From: a bacterium
GTDB taxonomy: Bacteria; Hinthialibacterota; Hinthialibacteria; Hinthialibacterales; Hinthialibacteraceae
Direction of reading: 5' to 3'
Assembly (NCBI GenBank): GCA_963663405.2
Contig: CAXXSM010000070.1
Coordinates: forward strand, 47,923-111,922
Length of the DNA stretch: 64,000 nt
Shown here: piece after piece, positions 20,105 to 29,853 of the stretch
Position numbering within the stretch: position 1 is the first letter of the stretch
Layout of the letters: each line of letters starts with the position of its first letter
The notes under the pieces: model-generated
The model's database searches: none
What the model was told of the DNA's origin: nothing
What the model saw: the letters and a program-made list of their open reading frames with translations, nothing else
Program-made: the position numbers and the translations under genes

Positions 20105-20776
20105 TCAGCCTAATCCATCGAGATCTTTTAGAAGATGTTTATAGGGTTTAAAAGCGGCTTGGAAGCCCGGCGTTTCGGAGCGGACCAGCCGATGCAGATC
20201 GACAAGGGTGTCGATATCGTACCAGGGGGGCAGCATTTTCATCGATAAACCCAGCACCATCGCTTTCGCCAACGTTCGTTCATACACTTCAGGCGTGGAC
20301 CAAGGGATTTCTTTGAAGAGTTCCGGTCTCGAATTTTTTAATCCGATCAGATAATAGCCTCCATCCGATGAGGGGCCAATGACGGCTTCGTTTTCTTTGA
20401 AAGAGTCAATCGATCGTTGGATGTAATCAAGAGGAAGATCGGGACTGTCGGAACCGAGGGCGATTACATTCTTATATTCAGGAAGTAATCGACTGAACGC
20501 ATGTATAAATCGTTCTCCCAAAACGCCGTCACATTGAGGAAGAAATTGAAACTGCTCTCCAAGCCACGATCGAAACAGGGATTCGTCCTGTGAGGGAGAA
20601 AAGTAGATGATACAGTCTTTTTTTGATATTTTTCGGATGCGTTGCAGAGTGATTTCCGTGAAAGCGCTATAAAGTTTTGTAGCGGTTTCGTCTCCTATCC
20701 GATTGGCCAATCGTGTTTTGACCGTTCCCGGATGGGGGTATTTGGCGAAAATCAGGAGGGCGGTTTGGTCATTCAT
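20105..20776 (-). CDS. CofC-like/GT-A transferase (TIGR04282/DUF2064 family)
   Basis: FAKYPHPGTVKTRL, Q..G.LGER, GSDSPDL, GPSSDGGYYLIG, WYDIDT. Confidence 0.88.
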   Translation of the reverse strand: MNDQTALLIFAKYPHPGTVKTRLANRIGDETATKLYSAFTEITLQRIRKISKKDCIIYFSPSQDESLFRSWLGEQFQFLPQCDGVLGERFIHAFSRLLPEYKNVIALGSDSPDLPLDYIQRSIDSFKENEAVIGPSSDGGYYLIGLKNSRPELFKEIPWSTPEVYERTLAKAMVLGLSMKMLPPWYDIDTLVDLHRLVRSETPGFQAAFKPYKHLLKDLDGLG

Positions 20777-21020
20777 GGAAGAAACCTGCCATTCAGATAA
20801 TTGTAAGGACAAAACAACATAGCCCTTGACGCCAGCCTCCCTCCTTTTTCGTTCATTCCATCTTCTCTAATATTATGTTTAGAGAAGGCTAGAATAGGTG
20901 AATCGGCTTTTTGCCTTTTCGATTGATTTAGGAGTTATATTACACTTATTGTGATAAATTACAATATACTTAATGCAATTTCAATCTACGAAGGATTTGA
21001 CTCGAAGGAGTGATATATTA

Positions 21021-21980
21021 ATGATTCACTTTTGGAAGAAACAAGTTATGGGTTTTTTTATTTGCAGAAACCGTATTTTGTTGGGTTTGGGAATCTATTT
21101 TTTATTCGTTCTTCATTTCAACGCGCAAAGCCGTGTTTATCCGGAACCGCCTGTATTGTTGACACCGGTGGATGGGGGATTGTATCAGTTTCCGGGAGTG
21201 GGGGGGCTGATTCATTTTTCCTGGGAGCCGGTCAGTGGCGCGGCCGCGTATGAGTTTAACGCGCGTGTTGGATTGCGGCCTGTGGCGCCGGTGGTTACGG
21301 AGGATGTTTCAGTTCAATTGGATTTGAGATTGAAGGAGAGTGATAGCGAGGCGGTAGTGAGCTGGAGCGTTCGTTCGATTCAGAACGATGTGAAGGCGGA
21401 TACCGTGTCCATTTTTTCATTTACTTTTGGTGAGAAAGGCGTTCCTCTTCCAGGAGTGACTCCCGTTCCTACAGCAATTCCAACAGCGGCGCCTGGGCCG
21501 CTTCCGGCGCCCCAGCTCCTCTCTCCGGAAGATGGAGCGATGTTTGGTGTTTTGGATGGGCTGAGGGGGATTCAGTTCGAATGGGGAGAGGTGACCGGTG
21601 CGGCGCGGTATCTCTTTATTGTGTATCAAGATAATGTTCCTCTATATGAGAGGCAGTTGCAATCCACGCAGAGCACAGAGCGAATCTCCACGTCACTTCA
21701 AGATATTTTTCAATGGGACGCCCGCGCCATCGATTCAAATGAAACCGTTGGCTCCGCAGGACCGCGTTTTTCTTTCACGGTTGGATCGGAGCTGCCGACA
21801 CCGACACCGGTTCCACTCAATCCCGATGTGAATCAGGACGGCGCGATCAGCGCGGCGGATCTGTACTACTTTGCGCAGATTTACCGGACGAACGATCCTA
21901 GTGGAGATTTCGATAATTCGGGTTTGATCGATCAGAATGATTTGCTGCGTTTTGTGGATCTGTATTTCGGGGGACGGTGA
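21021..21980 (+). CDS. Secreted protein with two FN3/Ig-like repeats, PT linkers and a C-terminal dockerin-like domain
   Basis: Repeat P.LL.P.DG...F.W..V.GAA.Y; DVNQDGAISAADL and DFDNSGLIDQNDL Ca-binding motifs; SD aaggag before ATG 21021. Confidence 0.75.
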   Translation: MIHFWKKQVMGFFICRNRILLGLGIYFLFVLHFNAQSRVYPEPPVLLTPVDGGLYQFPGVGGLIHFSWEPVSGAAAYEFNARVGLRPVAPVVTEDVSVQLDLRLKESDSEAVVSWSVRSIQNDVKADTVSIFSFTFGEKGVPLPGVTPVPTAIPTAAPGPLPAPQLLSPEDGAMFGVLDGLRGIQFEWGEVTGAARYLFIVYQDNVPLYERQLQSTQSTERISTSLQDIFQWDARAIDSNETVGSAGPRFSFTVGSELPTPTPVPLNPDVNQDGAISAADLYYFAQIYRTNDPSGDFDNSGLIDQNDLLRFVDLYFGGR

Positions 21981-22044
21981 TGGTTGTAGAGTAAAAAGGG
22001 GGATTGAGTATGATAACTAGTTCTATCTGGATTAAGGATTGATC

Positions 22045-22092
22045 TTGTGATTAGCATTGAATTATCATAAAATAATATGATTATTCAATGCT
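22045..22092 (+). promoter_or_regulatory. TA operon promoter with overlapping operator palindrome
   Basis: TTGTGA-N17-TAAAAT; inverted repeat agcattgaattatcata-N6-tatgattattcaatgct (16/17 match). Confidence 0.65.
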
Positions 22093-22112
22093 TGTAGTAT
22101 GGAGATCGAACC

Positions 22113-22385
22113 ATGTTTCGAGTCGAAAATATTTGTTCTTTAACCGAATTCCAGCGAAACATCAAAGAGTACATGAAACGATTAAAGGAAACCGGTCAAC
22201 CTGAAATTCTTACAGTCAATGGAAAAGCGGAACTAGTTGTTCAAGACGCCGAGGCCTATCAAAACATCCTAGACCTTGTCGATCGGGTTGAAGCGATAAA
22301 CGGTATCCGACGTGGATTAGAAGATATCGAAGAAGGACGAACCCATAAAGCGGAAGATGTCCATGAGGAACTTCGCAGGATGTGA
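22113..22385 (+). CDS. Phd/YefM-family antitoxin
   Basis: ICSLTEFQRN...TGQPEILTVNGKAELVVQDAEAYQ; TGATG overlap with the toxin gene. Confidence 0.85.
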   Translation: MFRVENICSLTEFQRNIKEYMKRLKETGQPEILTVNGKAELVVQDAEAYQNILDLVDRVEAINGIRRGLEDIEEGRTHKAEDVHEELRRM

Positions 22386-22702
22386 TGGAATATCGCATTG
22401 AATATACCGATACCGCGAAAATAGAACTTAAAAATGCTTTTGAATGGATTCGAGAGCAATCCCCATTTCATGCGGAAATTTGGCGTGAAGGAATTATCGA
22501 TGCTGTTTCTTCGCTAATTGCATTCCCTGAAAGATGTCCGATTGCGCCAGAGAACAATGTTTTTGATGACGAGATCCGTCAATTGCTCTATGGAAAAAGA
22601 CATCGTACTTACCGAATTCTTTTTACAATTAAAAAAGACATTATCTGGATACTTCACATTCGGCATGGCTTCCGTCAACGTCTTGGAAAAAAGGAAAAAT
22701 GA
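22385..22702 (+). CDS. RelE/ParE-family toxin
   Basis: YRIEYTDTAKIEL...SL..FPERCPIAPE...IRQLLYG...YRILFTI....V/IWILHIRHG. Confidence 0.85.
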   Translation: MEYRIEYTDTAKIELKNAFEWIREQSPFHAEIWREGIIDAVSSLIAFPERCPIAPENNVFDDEIRQLLYGKRHRTYRILFTIKKDIIWILHIRHGFRQRLGKKEK

Positions 22703-22752
22703 ATTAAGTGACAGTCGCAAAAGTCAGCGAGGAATCTGTTAGGAAGATACAA

Positions 22753-23283
22753 ATGAATAAAAGAGATGAAGCAATAATATTTGATCGAGAAAGAAAATAT
22801 TTAGAGGCCATTAAGTCTTATGAAGGTTTCTTCGAAGAAGATAATCCTGATCGTGAAGATTACTTTAATTTGATTGCTTTATATCATGAGATACAAGATC
22901 CAGGTATGTACCTTATTGGCAAAGATGATTTGCACGCTTACCAAAGAGAATTTGAATTGTTGGATGAATTAGAACGAAAATATGGTAAACAAACAGAAAT
23001 TGATTTTTGGAGACGCTATACAGATTGGGTACGTTTAGGAGAGGAATTTGACGAGTGTGAGGAGCTAGCTAAGCGTGGCGATTCATTAATTCCCTTTTTT
23101 TTCCTTATGAGCACAACAGTCGATATTGAAGAAAAGAAAAAGTATTTACCAGAGTGCAAAGTGCTTTATGAACAAGTTAAGGATTGCAGTACAACATACA
23201 AGAGAATTATTGAATCTTTATTGAAGTCATCATTTGATGAAATTGAGCGTGCAGATAGAGGAGATAAGAGATTATTTTTATAG
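22753..23283 (+). CDS. Hypothetical AT-rich helical (TPR-like) protein, possible orphan immunity protein
   Basis: 176-aa acidic ORF, low GC, downstream of the TA pair. Confidence 0.65.
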   Translation: MNKRDEAIIFDRERKYLEAIKSYEGFFEEDNPDREDYFNLIALYHEIQDPGMYLIGKDDLHAYQREFELLDELERKYGKQTEIDFWRRYTDWVRLGEEFDECEELAKRGDSLIPFFFLMSTTVDIEEKKKYLPECKVLYEQVKDCSTTYKRIIESLLKSSFDEIERADRGDKRLFL

Positions 23284-23379
23284 AATCAGTAATTTCATTA
23301 TCACCAAATGCAATAAAGAAAAAAGATAGATTGAAAAACTCAGATTATACCCGCGTTCAGTATAAAATGGTGAGTATTT

Positions 23380-25086
23380 TTATTCGTTTGGCAGATTCTC
23401 TCCCAACAAATCAAGTTTGCGGTAATTGATTCCAGCCGCGTTGAGACGTTTGAGGTGTAACTGAAGGCGGTTTATGAACTGGCTGTAATTGCGGGCTTCT
23501 TTTGGTGTCCATATTGTTTCGATTAGGGCGCAGCCGCGGGGGTATGTCATGTATTCGCGGTGGCGTTCGACAGGGATGTATTCACCCCAGAGTTGGCCCT
23601 GACCGCCAATAATATGCTGACTTTGCTCCTCATTTAGTTCATCGGGAACCGGTTCGAATGTGTAGACTTTATCAAGTGTGATGACGCTGGAGCCGATCGC
23701 TTTGGGCTCCGTTGCGCTCTGGGCGTAATCGAAATAAGTATGCGATGTGGGCGCCATGACCACATCATGACCGGATTTGGCGGCTTTGATACCTCCTGAC
23801 ATGCCACGCCAGCTCATCACCGTCGCTCCCTCCGCCAGACCGCCTTGCAGGATCTCATCCCAGCCGACCATCTTTCGGCCGCGCTTGGTTATGTGCGCGT
23901 CTATTTGTTTGATAAACCAACTGTGCAGTTCGTGGACATCGGCGAGATCGTGTTCTTTCATCAGTTCCTGCATTTCCGTTACTTCAGCCCAACTGTCGGC
24001 GTGAGCTTCGTCACCTCCGATGTGGATATGAGGACTGGGAAAGAGTCCAATCACTTCGTCGAGAACATTTTTCATGAAAGCGACTGTATAGGATCTGGGC
24101 ACGACTAAGTTGCCTGCTTTGGCGCGGCGCTGGTCAACAGGCAGCTTCGCCAGCGTGTCTGGATCGAAGCCCAGTTTGGGATAGGCCGTGATCGCCGCGC
24201 CCGCGTGAAAGGGCATTTCGATCTCAGGGACAAGAGTGACATAGCGTTCCGCGCCGTAACGGACCAATTCACGGATATCATCTTGCGTGTAGTATCCCCC
24301 GTAGATTCTGCCCAGGTCGTTTTTTTCGCTCATTGAGTTGTGCCAGCAAGAACCGATTTCGGTGAGTAAGGGGTATTTCTTGATTTCGATGCGCCATCCC
24401 TGCCCATCGGTGAAGTGGATTTGCAGCCGGTTGAATTTATGCGACGCCATCGCGTCAATGTAGCGCATCACGTCATGTTTTGGAATAAAATGACGGGCTG
24501 GATCGATGAGCAGGCCGCGCCATTGAAAGCGGGGGTAATCGACAATCGAGACGCACGGAACAGTCCACTCGATATTCTTAACGGGCGCATGACGGAAGAT
24601 ATCCGGGGGGAGCAATTGGCGAAGAGTCTGATTGCCGTAGAACAATCCCGCTGGTTGATACGCTTTCAATTCGATCCGGTTGGCTTGGATGTCGAGAGAA
24701 TAGCCTTCATCACCCAACTGATCTTTCAACGATTTGTCAATCGATAGAACGATTACGTTTTTCTCTCGTGAGGGAGCGCTGAGTAGCTCTAAGCGAAAGC
24801 CCATCGCCGGGGCGAGAGTGTTGATTAGTTTTTCCGCTTCTGGCGCCGCTTCGCCGCCCGCAATAATTTGTGTATCCGGTTGAATTGAAAAAGAGCCGTT
24901 GCGAACGAGCATTTGAACCGGTTGAGGAATAATCGAAGGAGGCGCCGGATCGGTCTTGGATTGGGTAATTAGGGCAAAAGCCTGTGTTGATTCTCCGGCT
25001 GATGTATGAATTGGCGCTCCAGCCAGTTGTGAAAAGATGAATCCAAGTGTGAAGAATGCGATCAAGGTGTTTTTCGGAACGATCAT
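23380..25086 (-). CDS. GH20 beta-N-acetylhexosaminidase, secreted
   Basis: DYPRFQWRGLLIDPARHF, TDGQGWR, PEIEMPFH, catalytic HIGGDEA, GWDE, LWGEY..YPR. Confidence 0.93.
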   Translation of the reverse strand: MIVPKNTLIAFFTLGFIFSQLAGAPIHTSAGESTQAFALITQSKTDPAPPSIIPQPVQMLVRNGSFSIQPDTQIIAGGEAAPEAEKLINTLAPAMGFRLELLSAPSREKNVIVLSIDKSLKDQLGDEGYSLDIQANRIELKAYQPAGLFYGNQTLRQLLPPDIFRHAPVKNIEWTVPCVSIVDYPRFQWRGLLIDPARHFIPKHDVMRYIDAMASHKFNRLQIHFTDGQGWRIEIKKYPLLTEIGSCWHNSMSEKNDLGRIYGGYYTQDDIRELVRYGAERYVTLVPEIEMPFHAGAAITAYPKLGFDPDTLAKLPVDQRRAKAGNLVVPRSYTVAFMKNVLDEVIGLFPSPHIHIGGDEAHADSWAEVTEMQELMKEHDLADVHELHSWFIKQIDAHITKRGRKMVGWDEILQGGLAEGATVMSWRGMSGGIKAAKSGHDVVMAPTSHTYFDYAQSATEPKAIGSSVITLDKVYTFEPVPDELNEEQSQHIIGGQGQLWGEYIPVERHREYMTYPRGCALIETIWTPKEARNYSQFINRLQLHLKRLNAAGINYRKLDLLGENLPNE

Positions 25087-25155
25087 GACAACTCTCCTTT
25101 CGGATCGATGAAAGAGATAGGAATTAACCGCAAGAAGATGGGAATGCGTGTATCA

Positions 25156-26535
25156 TTAGAGTTTGTTTAAAAACGTTTTGAGTTCTTCCCCTTGGATGTC
25201 CCGTGCGATGATTTTTCCTCTTTTATTGATTACGACAACTGTGGGAACGCGGTGGACACCGTAGTCGAATGCGATGCCGGATTGGGGGTAGCCTTCGTCC
25301 CATAGAACCGGGAGAGTGATTTTACTGTTTTCAATGTAACGCTGGCCGATGGTTTTGGCGCTGTCGAGATTGATTCCGATGCAGTCGATATTTTTCTTGT
25401 CCGCCATTGTTTTATAGAGTTCTTCCATTTCCCATAAGGCTTTTTCGGCGGGTTCCCACCAGAGCGCCCAGAAGAGAAGCACGGTGGGCTTTTTCTTTTC
25501 TAAAGGGAACCGGACAAGTTTTTCCTGCATTGTGACGCCTGAAAACGCGGGCGCTTCTTCAGCGAGATCCGCATTCCGGCGGTTTGCATCGAATCGCATA
25601 TTGTAGCGGTGTTTGAGAACCAGGTCTTTGGCGGTTTCCCGGAGGAACTGAATCGGCGCGCGTTCAGAGAATGAGATGACCGATTGGAGAATTTTCTCTT
25701 CTTCGACCGGGCCGGCGATTGTTAATTGTTCTTTATAGTTAAGAAAAGTGGAGACATATTGACGGATGTCCGGCAGGCGGTCGAGGGGGAAGCGGTTGGC
25801 TTGTTTGAGTTGGCTGTCCACCGTTAGATTGATATGAAAGGCGCCTTCGGGGGAATCCATTTTCATTTGGGAACTGGTTCGAGAGATGGAGGGAAGGCGG
25901 GAGCGTTTCTCGAAGTGGATTTCATGTTCTTGATAAGTAAGGATGACGGGGGGCGCGTCTTGTAATTGGAGAGTGTTCATCAAACCCGCTCCGATTAAAA
26001 CGGATTCATCATTCTCGCCTGTGTTCCGGGCGATTAGCGTATAGCGGCCATCGCTGGATTCGCCCAAACCTACGTAGATGGGGAGATTTGATTCCGTGCG
26101 CACATCCGGAGGGAGCGCAGTATCGGGCAGGGGAGGGAAATGGATCATGGGGGTCCATCCCGTTCCCAATTCAGCGCGTTCGGTTGTTTCGCCGCGGAGT
26201 TCCCCTTTCGAGGTGATGGAGAACTGGTAGGCTTCCCGGTTTTCGATGGTGATGGGAATTTCCTGTCCTTCCAAGATCCGATTTTTCAGGCGGCTGACGC
26301 CCAGAATCGGCCAGGCGCCGGATTGCGCCTCATTTAGAACCACGAAGCGGGATTCGATCGTGCGCGTGCTCTCTTCGGAATAGGGGCCTTCGATCAAGAG
26401 GTCCATTTGGGTTTCAAAAAGAAGTTCCATGCCCGGACGTAATCCATACGAAAGAGAGATGGGCTGCGCATTCGCTACTGAGGAGATCCATGTGAGACAT
26501 ATATATAGAGAAGCGATTTGATGTCGAATGTTCAT
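25156..26535 (-). CDS. Secreted protein with C-terminal TlpA/redoxin-like domain lacking CxxC
   Basis: APAFSG...VLLFWALWWEPA...IGINLD...YGV.RVPTVVVINKRGKI; signal peptide ending ANA. Confidence 0.75.
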   Translation of the reverse strand: MNIRHQIASLYICLTWISSVANAQPISLSYGLRPGMELLFETQMDLLIEGPYSEESTRTIESRFVVLNEAQSGAWPILGVSRLKNRILEGQEIPITIENREAYQFSITSKGELRGETTERAELGTGWTPMIHFPPLPDTALPPDVRTESNLPIYVGLGESSDGRYTLIARNTGENDESVLIGAGLMNTLQLQDAPPVILTYQEHEIHFEKRSRLPSISRTSSQMKMDSPEGAFHINLTVDSQLKQANRFPLDRLPDIRQYVSTFLNYKEQLTIAGPVEEEKILQSVISFSERAPIQFLRETAKDLVLKHRYNMRFDANRRNADLAEEAPAFSGVTMQEKLVRFPLEKKKPTVLLFWALWWEPAEKALWEMEELYKTMADKKNIDCIGINLDSAKTIGQRYIENSKITLPVLWDEGYPQSGIAFDYGVHRVPTVVVINKRGKIIARDIQGEELKTFLNKL

Positions 26536-26732
26536 ATTTAAATTCCAGAAAATGTAAAGGTTATACGACAGGCTTTCTGTCTATTCTTATGATAAACTAA
26601 TCTTTCTTCAATCAGGGCGATCAATAGAACACGCCCAACGCTCCAAATACTCAGATTATACCAGATAGGTGGATAGCCGTGGAGCATTTCATCATATAGG
26701 TTACACCAAGAGGGAACAACCGGGATGAATCC

Positions 26733-26761
26733 TTGTTTGTTTTTTTTTGACGCGGTATAGT
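26733..26761 (+). promoter_or_regulatory. sigma70-type promoter implying a leaderless maf transcript
   Basis: TTGTTT-N17-TATAGT ends 7 nt before ATG 26769; no SD present. Confidence 0.4.
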
Positions 26762-26768
26762 CACCATC

Positions 26769-28610
26769 ATGAATTTATATGAAGAGAATTTATCGGCTTT
26801 GCGTCAAGTCCGGCCGGAACTGGCGGCGCGGGTGGAGTCTCTCCCTGCTGTGGAGTCCTATCGTATGATCGAAACGCCATCCGGCGCGCCGTCATTGGAG
26901 AGGATCGATGAGTCAGGCCGGCGCCTATTGTGGCACAGTGGACGCGATCCTTTGCGGGAAGCGGAGAGGGAGATCGCATCGATTGACTCTTCGCGTGTTT
27001 ATCTGCCTCTTTTCGCGGGGATTGGATTGGGATACACGCTGCGCATGATGTGGGACCGGCGGCGGGGTGAGTTTTTCGATCTGATCGTCCTTGAACGGGA
27101 TCCACAGATCTTCCGGCTGGCGATGCGAACTGTCCGGCTCAGTGATATTTTTTTGGAACCACGGGTTCGTATCTTTGTGGGGCCCGATCTTGACGGCTGG
27201 CCCGTAATGGTGGGATCGCTTCTGCCTGCGATTATGAGCTGTCATTTGCAGACGATTCCCCATACTCCTTCACAGCGTTGTTTTACATCTTTCTATCAGT
27301 CCGCGTTCACGATTTTAAAAGAGCGCGTTCAACGGACGCAGGCTGAATTCGATCTGATGGTCCGGTCCGGGTCTAAGATTCAGGAGAACTTGTGGAGGAA
27401 TCTTCCGTCAGCCGTAGACGCGGCCGGTCTTCATGATGCGAAGAATATCCTAAAGGGAAAACCAGCGGTGGTTGTGGCGGCGGGGCCTTCTCTCGATCGA
27501 AATGTACAGTATTTAAAAGACGCGCGGGATGGTTGCGCGATTATCGCAGTCGATACCGCCTATCGGACGCTTCAGAAATGTGGGATTGAGCCTCATCTTG
27601 TTGTATCCACCGATCCGACGGAATTGAACCGCCGGCATTTTGAGGGGATTGATCCGGCTCCGGAAACGATTCTCGCGTTTGATCCAGAGGTGGATTCTTT
27701 TATTCCCAATCAGTGGCCCCAGCGGCGTTTGTTACTGAATTTAGAGAAATGCGTGTGGACGCGATGGTTGGAGAAGGTGTGTGGACCCTATGGGTATCTG
27801 CCGAAGGGGGGATCGGTGGGGCATACCGCCTTTTATCTCGCGCGAGCGTTGGGGGCCGATCCGATTCTCTTCGCCGGTTTAGATCTGGCGTTCTCATCAA
27901 AAGGTGGGAAGACGCACACTGCGTCGTCGGCGCTCGTTCGTGGGCATGGGGTGATTGAGGCGGGTGTTGATTGCGCTGCATTAGGCCCGAGGGAGGGGAC
28001 GGGAGAGTTGCAAGAATCGATCGTCTGGGTTCCCGGTGTGATGGAAGAACGGGTTCCTACTTCTCGTGTGATGGCCATCTATATAGGGCAATTCCAAGAG
28101 GAGTTCAAGTGGACAACGGCGCGATTAATCGATGCGACAGAAGGTGGGGCGCGGTTGGAAGGGACCGAGATTATGCCGTTGCAGGAGGCGATTGAACGGT
28201 TTGTTGATCCTGCGGAACGAATCACAGAACGATTTGCAGTCATTCAAGCGCCTGCGCGGGATCGGGATAACCTGCGGGAAGAGAACTGCCGGATATCCAT
28301 CGCGCTTCAGAATTCGAAAGCAATCGCTGAAAGAGGATTGGAGCAATGCCGGACGCTTGCTCAAAGAACGATGCAAGGGGTGGCATTGACGGCATGTCCT
28401 GAATGGAAGGAAATGGAGGACTGTTTTTCCGTTCTTTATCAATCAGAAGCGTTGAAAATCGCTATGGAACAGGCGCTTTTTTCCGCTGTCTATTACTTCA
28501 TTCAAAAAGAACGCCCGGAAGAGACGGCGCTTCGGCTTTCAAAATATAGAAATTATTTTGAAACATTTCTCGCGCTTCAACCACGTTTTCTTGCGTTAGT
28601 TAAAGCGTGA
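26769..28610 (+). CDS. Motility-associated factor (Maf/DUF115) glycosyltransferase-like protein
   Basis: LYEENLSAL, HS..DP.REA, GIGLGY, VVAAGPSLDRN, GGSVGH, GLDLAF, IDATEGGARLEGT. Confidence 0.85.
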   Translation: MNLYEENLSALRQVRPELAARVESLPAVESYRMIETPSGAPSLERIDESGRRLLWHSGRDPLREAEREIASIDSSRVYLPLFAGIGLGYTLRMMWDRRRGEFFDLIVLERDPQIFRLAMRTVRLSDIFLEPRVRIFVGPDLDGWPVMVGSLLPAIMSCHLQTIPHTPSQRCFTSFYQSAFTILKERVQRTQAEFDLMVRSGSKIQENLWRNLPSAVDAAGLHDAKNILKGKPAVVVAAGPSLDRNVQYLKDARDGCAIIAVDTAYRTLQKCGIEPHLVVSTDPTELNRRHFEGIDPAPETILAFDPEVDSFIPNQWPQRRLLLNLEKCVWTRWLEKVCGPYGYLPKGGSVGHTAFYLARALGADPILFAGLDLAFSSKGGKTHTASSALVRGHGVIEAGVDCAALGPREGTGELQESIVWVPGVMEERVPTSRVMAIYIGQFQEEFKWTTARLIDATEGGARLEGTEIMPLQEAIERFVDPAERITERFAVIQAPARDRDNLREENCRISIALQNSKAIAERGLEQCRTLAQRTMQGVALTACPEWKEMEDCFSVLYQSEALKIAMEQALFSAVYYFIQKERPEETALRLSKYRNYFETFLALQPRFLALVKA

Positions 28611-28892
28611 AAAAGTTAACCGGATCAGTTAAGTGTTATATAATCGTATTATTCCTTTTAATTAAATAATTAAAAATATATGATTGATCGTGTGATTTTC
28701 TCTTGCATAATATCTTTCTTGTATTAGAATTTATTTATCATTTTGAATGAAAATGCGGATTTTGAATTTGGATTGATGTAGTATTTTTCATAGGTCAAAG
28801 ATTGTCTTTTTTGTATTGTTATCGATTGATTCAAAGGGGAGAGATTATCCTATTATTCTTTAATCATTATTTTGGGTTCGGGATTTTTAATC

Positions 28893-29849
28893 ATGGGGAA
28901 TGTTGAATTTCAAGATTACGCAAGACTGTCCAACAATCTATTCCGGCTTCTTTCTTCCACGAAAACAAAAGAAGAATTGATCGTATGTATGGTCATTTTA
29001 GTCCAGGAAGAGATCAATGTGGAATCTGTTGGGATCCGGTTTAAAGACGGCCATGATTATCCATATTATTTCACACGGGGATTCGCGCAGGATTTTGTGG
29101 AAAAAGAGATGTATCTCTGCGCGCTGGATCAAGAAGGAGAAATGATCCGTGATTCGGATGGGAATCCGGTGCTTGAGTGCATGTGTGGAAATATCATTGC
29201 GGGGCGAACGGATCCGAACCTTCCTTTTTTTACACATGGCGGCAGTTTTTACTCCAATTGCACGAGTGAGTTGTTAGCCAATACAACCGAGGAGGAAAGA
29301 CAATCCAGAACTCGGAACCGGTGCAATGGAGAGGGATATGAATCCGTCGCATTGATACCCATAAAAACAGATGGCGTAATCTATGGATTGCTCCAATTGA
29401 ACGATCGCCGAAAAGATGTATTCACGCCGATGATGATTTCTTTTTTAGAAGGCGCCGCTTCGGTTATCGCGATACTTTTTTCTTTTATTCAAGCGAAGGA
29501 GATTCTTTCTAAGCATGTAGATGATGTGAATCGGTTGATTGATTTGCGAAAAACGATGGTTGAACAGATCGCGTCTGACTTGAAAGAGAGCAGCGCCCAG
29601 AATGGAAAAGGATTGACCGCGGCGCCGGTTCACGAAAAACTTGATGAATTGTTACGTGAAATGGTGATCCTGAAGGGCATTATTCCTATTTGCTGCCGAT
29701 GTAAGAGAATACGAAATCATTCGGATGATTGGGAGCCTGTCGAATCCTATATCCACAGCCGGTCAAAAGCGGATTTTACACATACCTATTGTCCGGATTG
29801 CTTAGAGATTGCTATGAAAGAAATTGATGAGTTGGGTAAGAAATTATAG
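28893..29849 (+). CDS. Cys-rich GAF sensor with C-terminal CxxC...CxxC zinc-ribbon-like domain
   Basis: LECMCGN...RNRCNGEGYESVALIP...GLLQLND GAF; IPICCRCKRIR...FTHTYCPDC. Confidence 0.75.
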   Translation: MGNVEFQDYARLSNNLFRLLSSTKTKEELIVCMVILVQEEINVESVGIRFKDGHDYPYYFTRGFAQDFVEKEMYLCALDQEGEMIRDSDGNPVLECMCGNIIAGRTDPNLPFFTHGGSFYSNCTSELLANTTEEERQSRTRNRCNGEGYESVALIPIKTDGVIYGLLQLNDRRKDVFTPMMISFLEGAASVIAILFSFIQAKEILSKHVDDVNRLIDLRKTMVEQIASDLKESSAQNGKGLTAAPVHEKLDELLREMVILKGIIPICCRCKRIRNHSDDWEPVESYIHSRSKADFTHTYCPDCLEIAMKEIDELGKKL

Positions 29850-29853
29850 GATT

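Noticed and set aside
25450-25475. Selenocysteine in the TlpA-like active site
   Set aside because: The codon is TGG, not TGA, and the ORF is uninterrupted.
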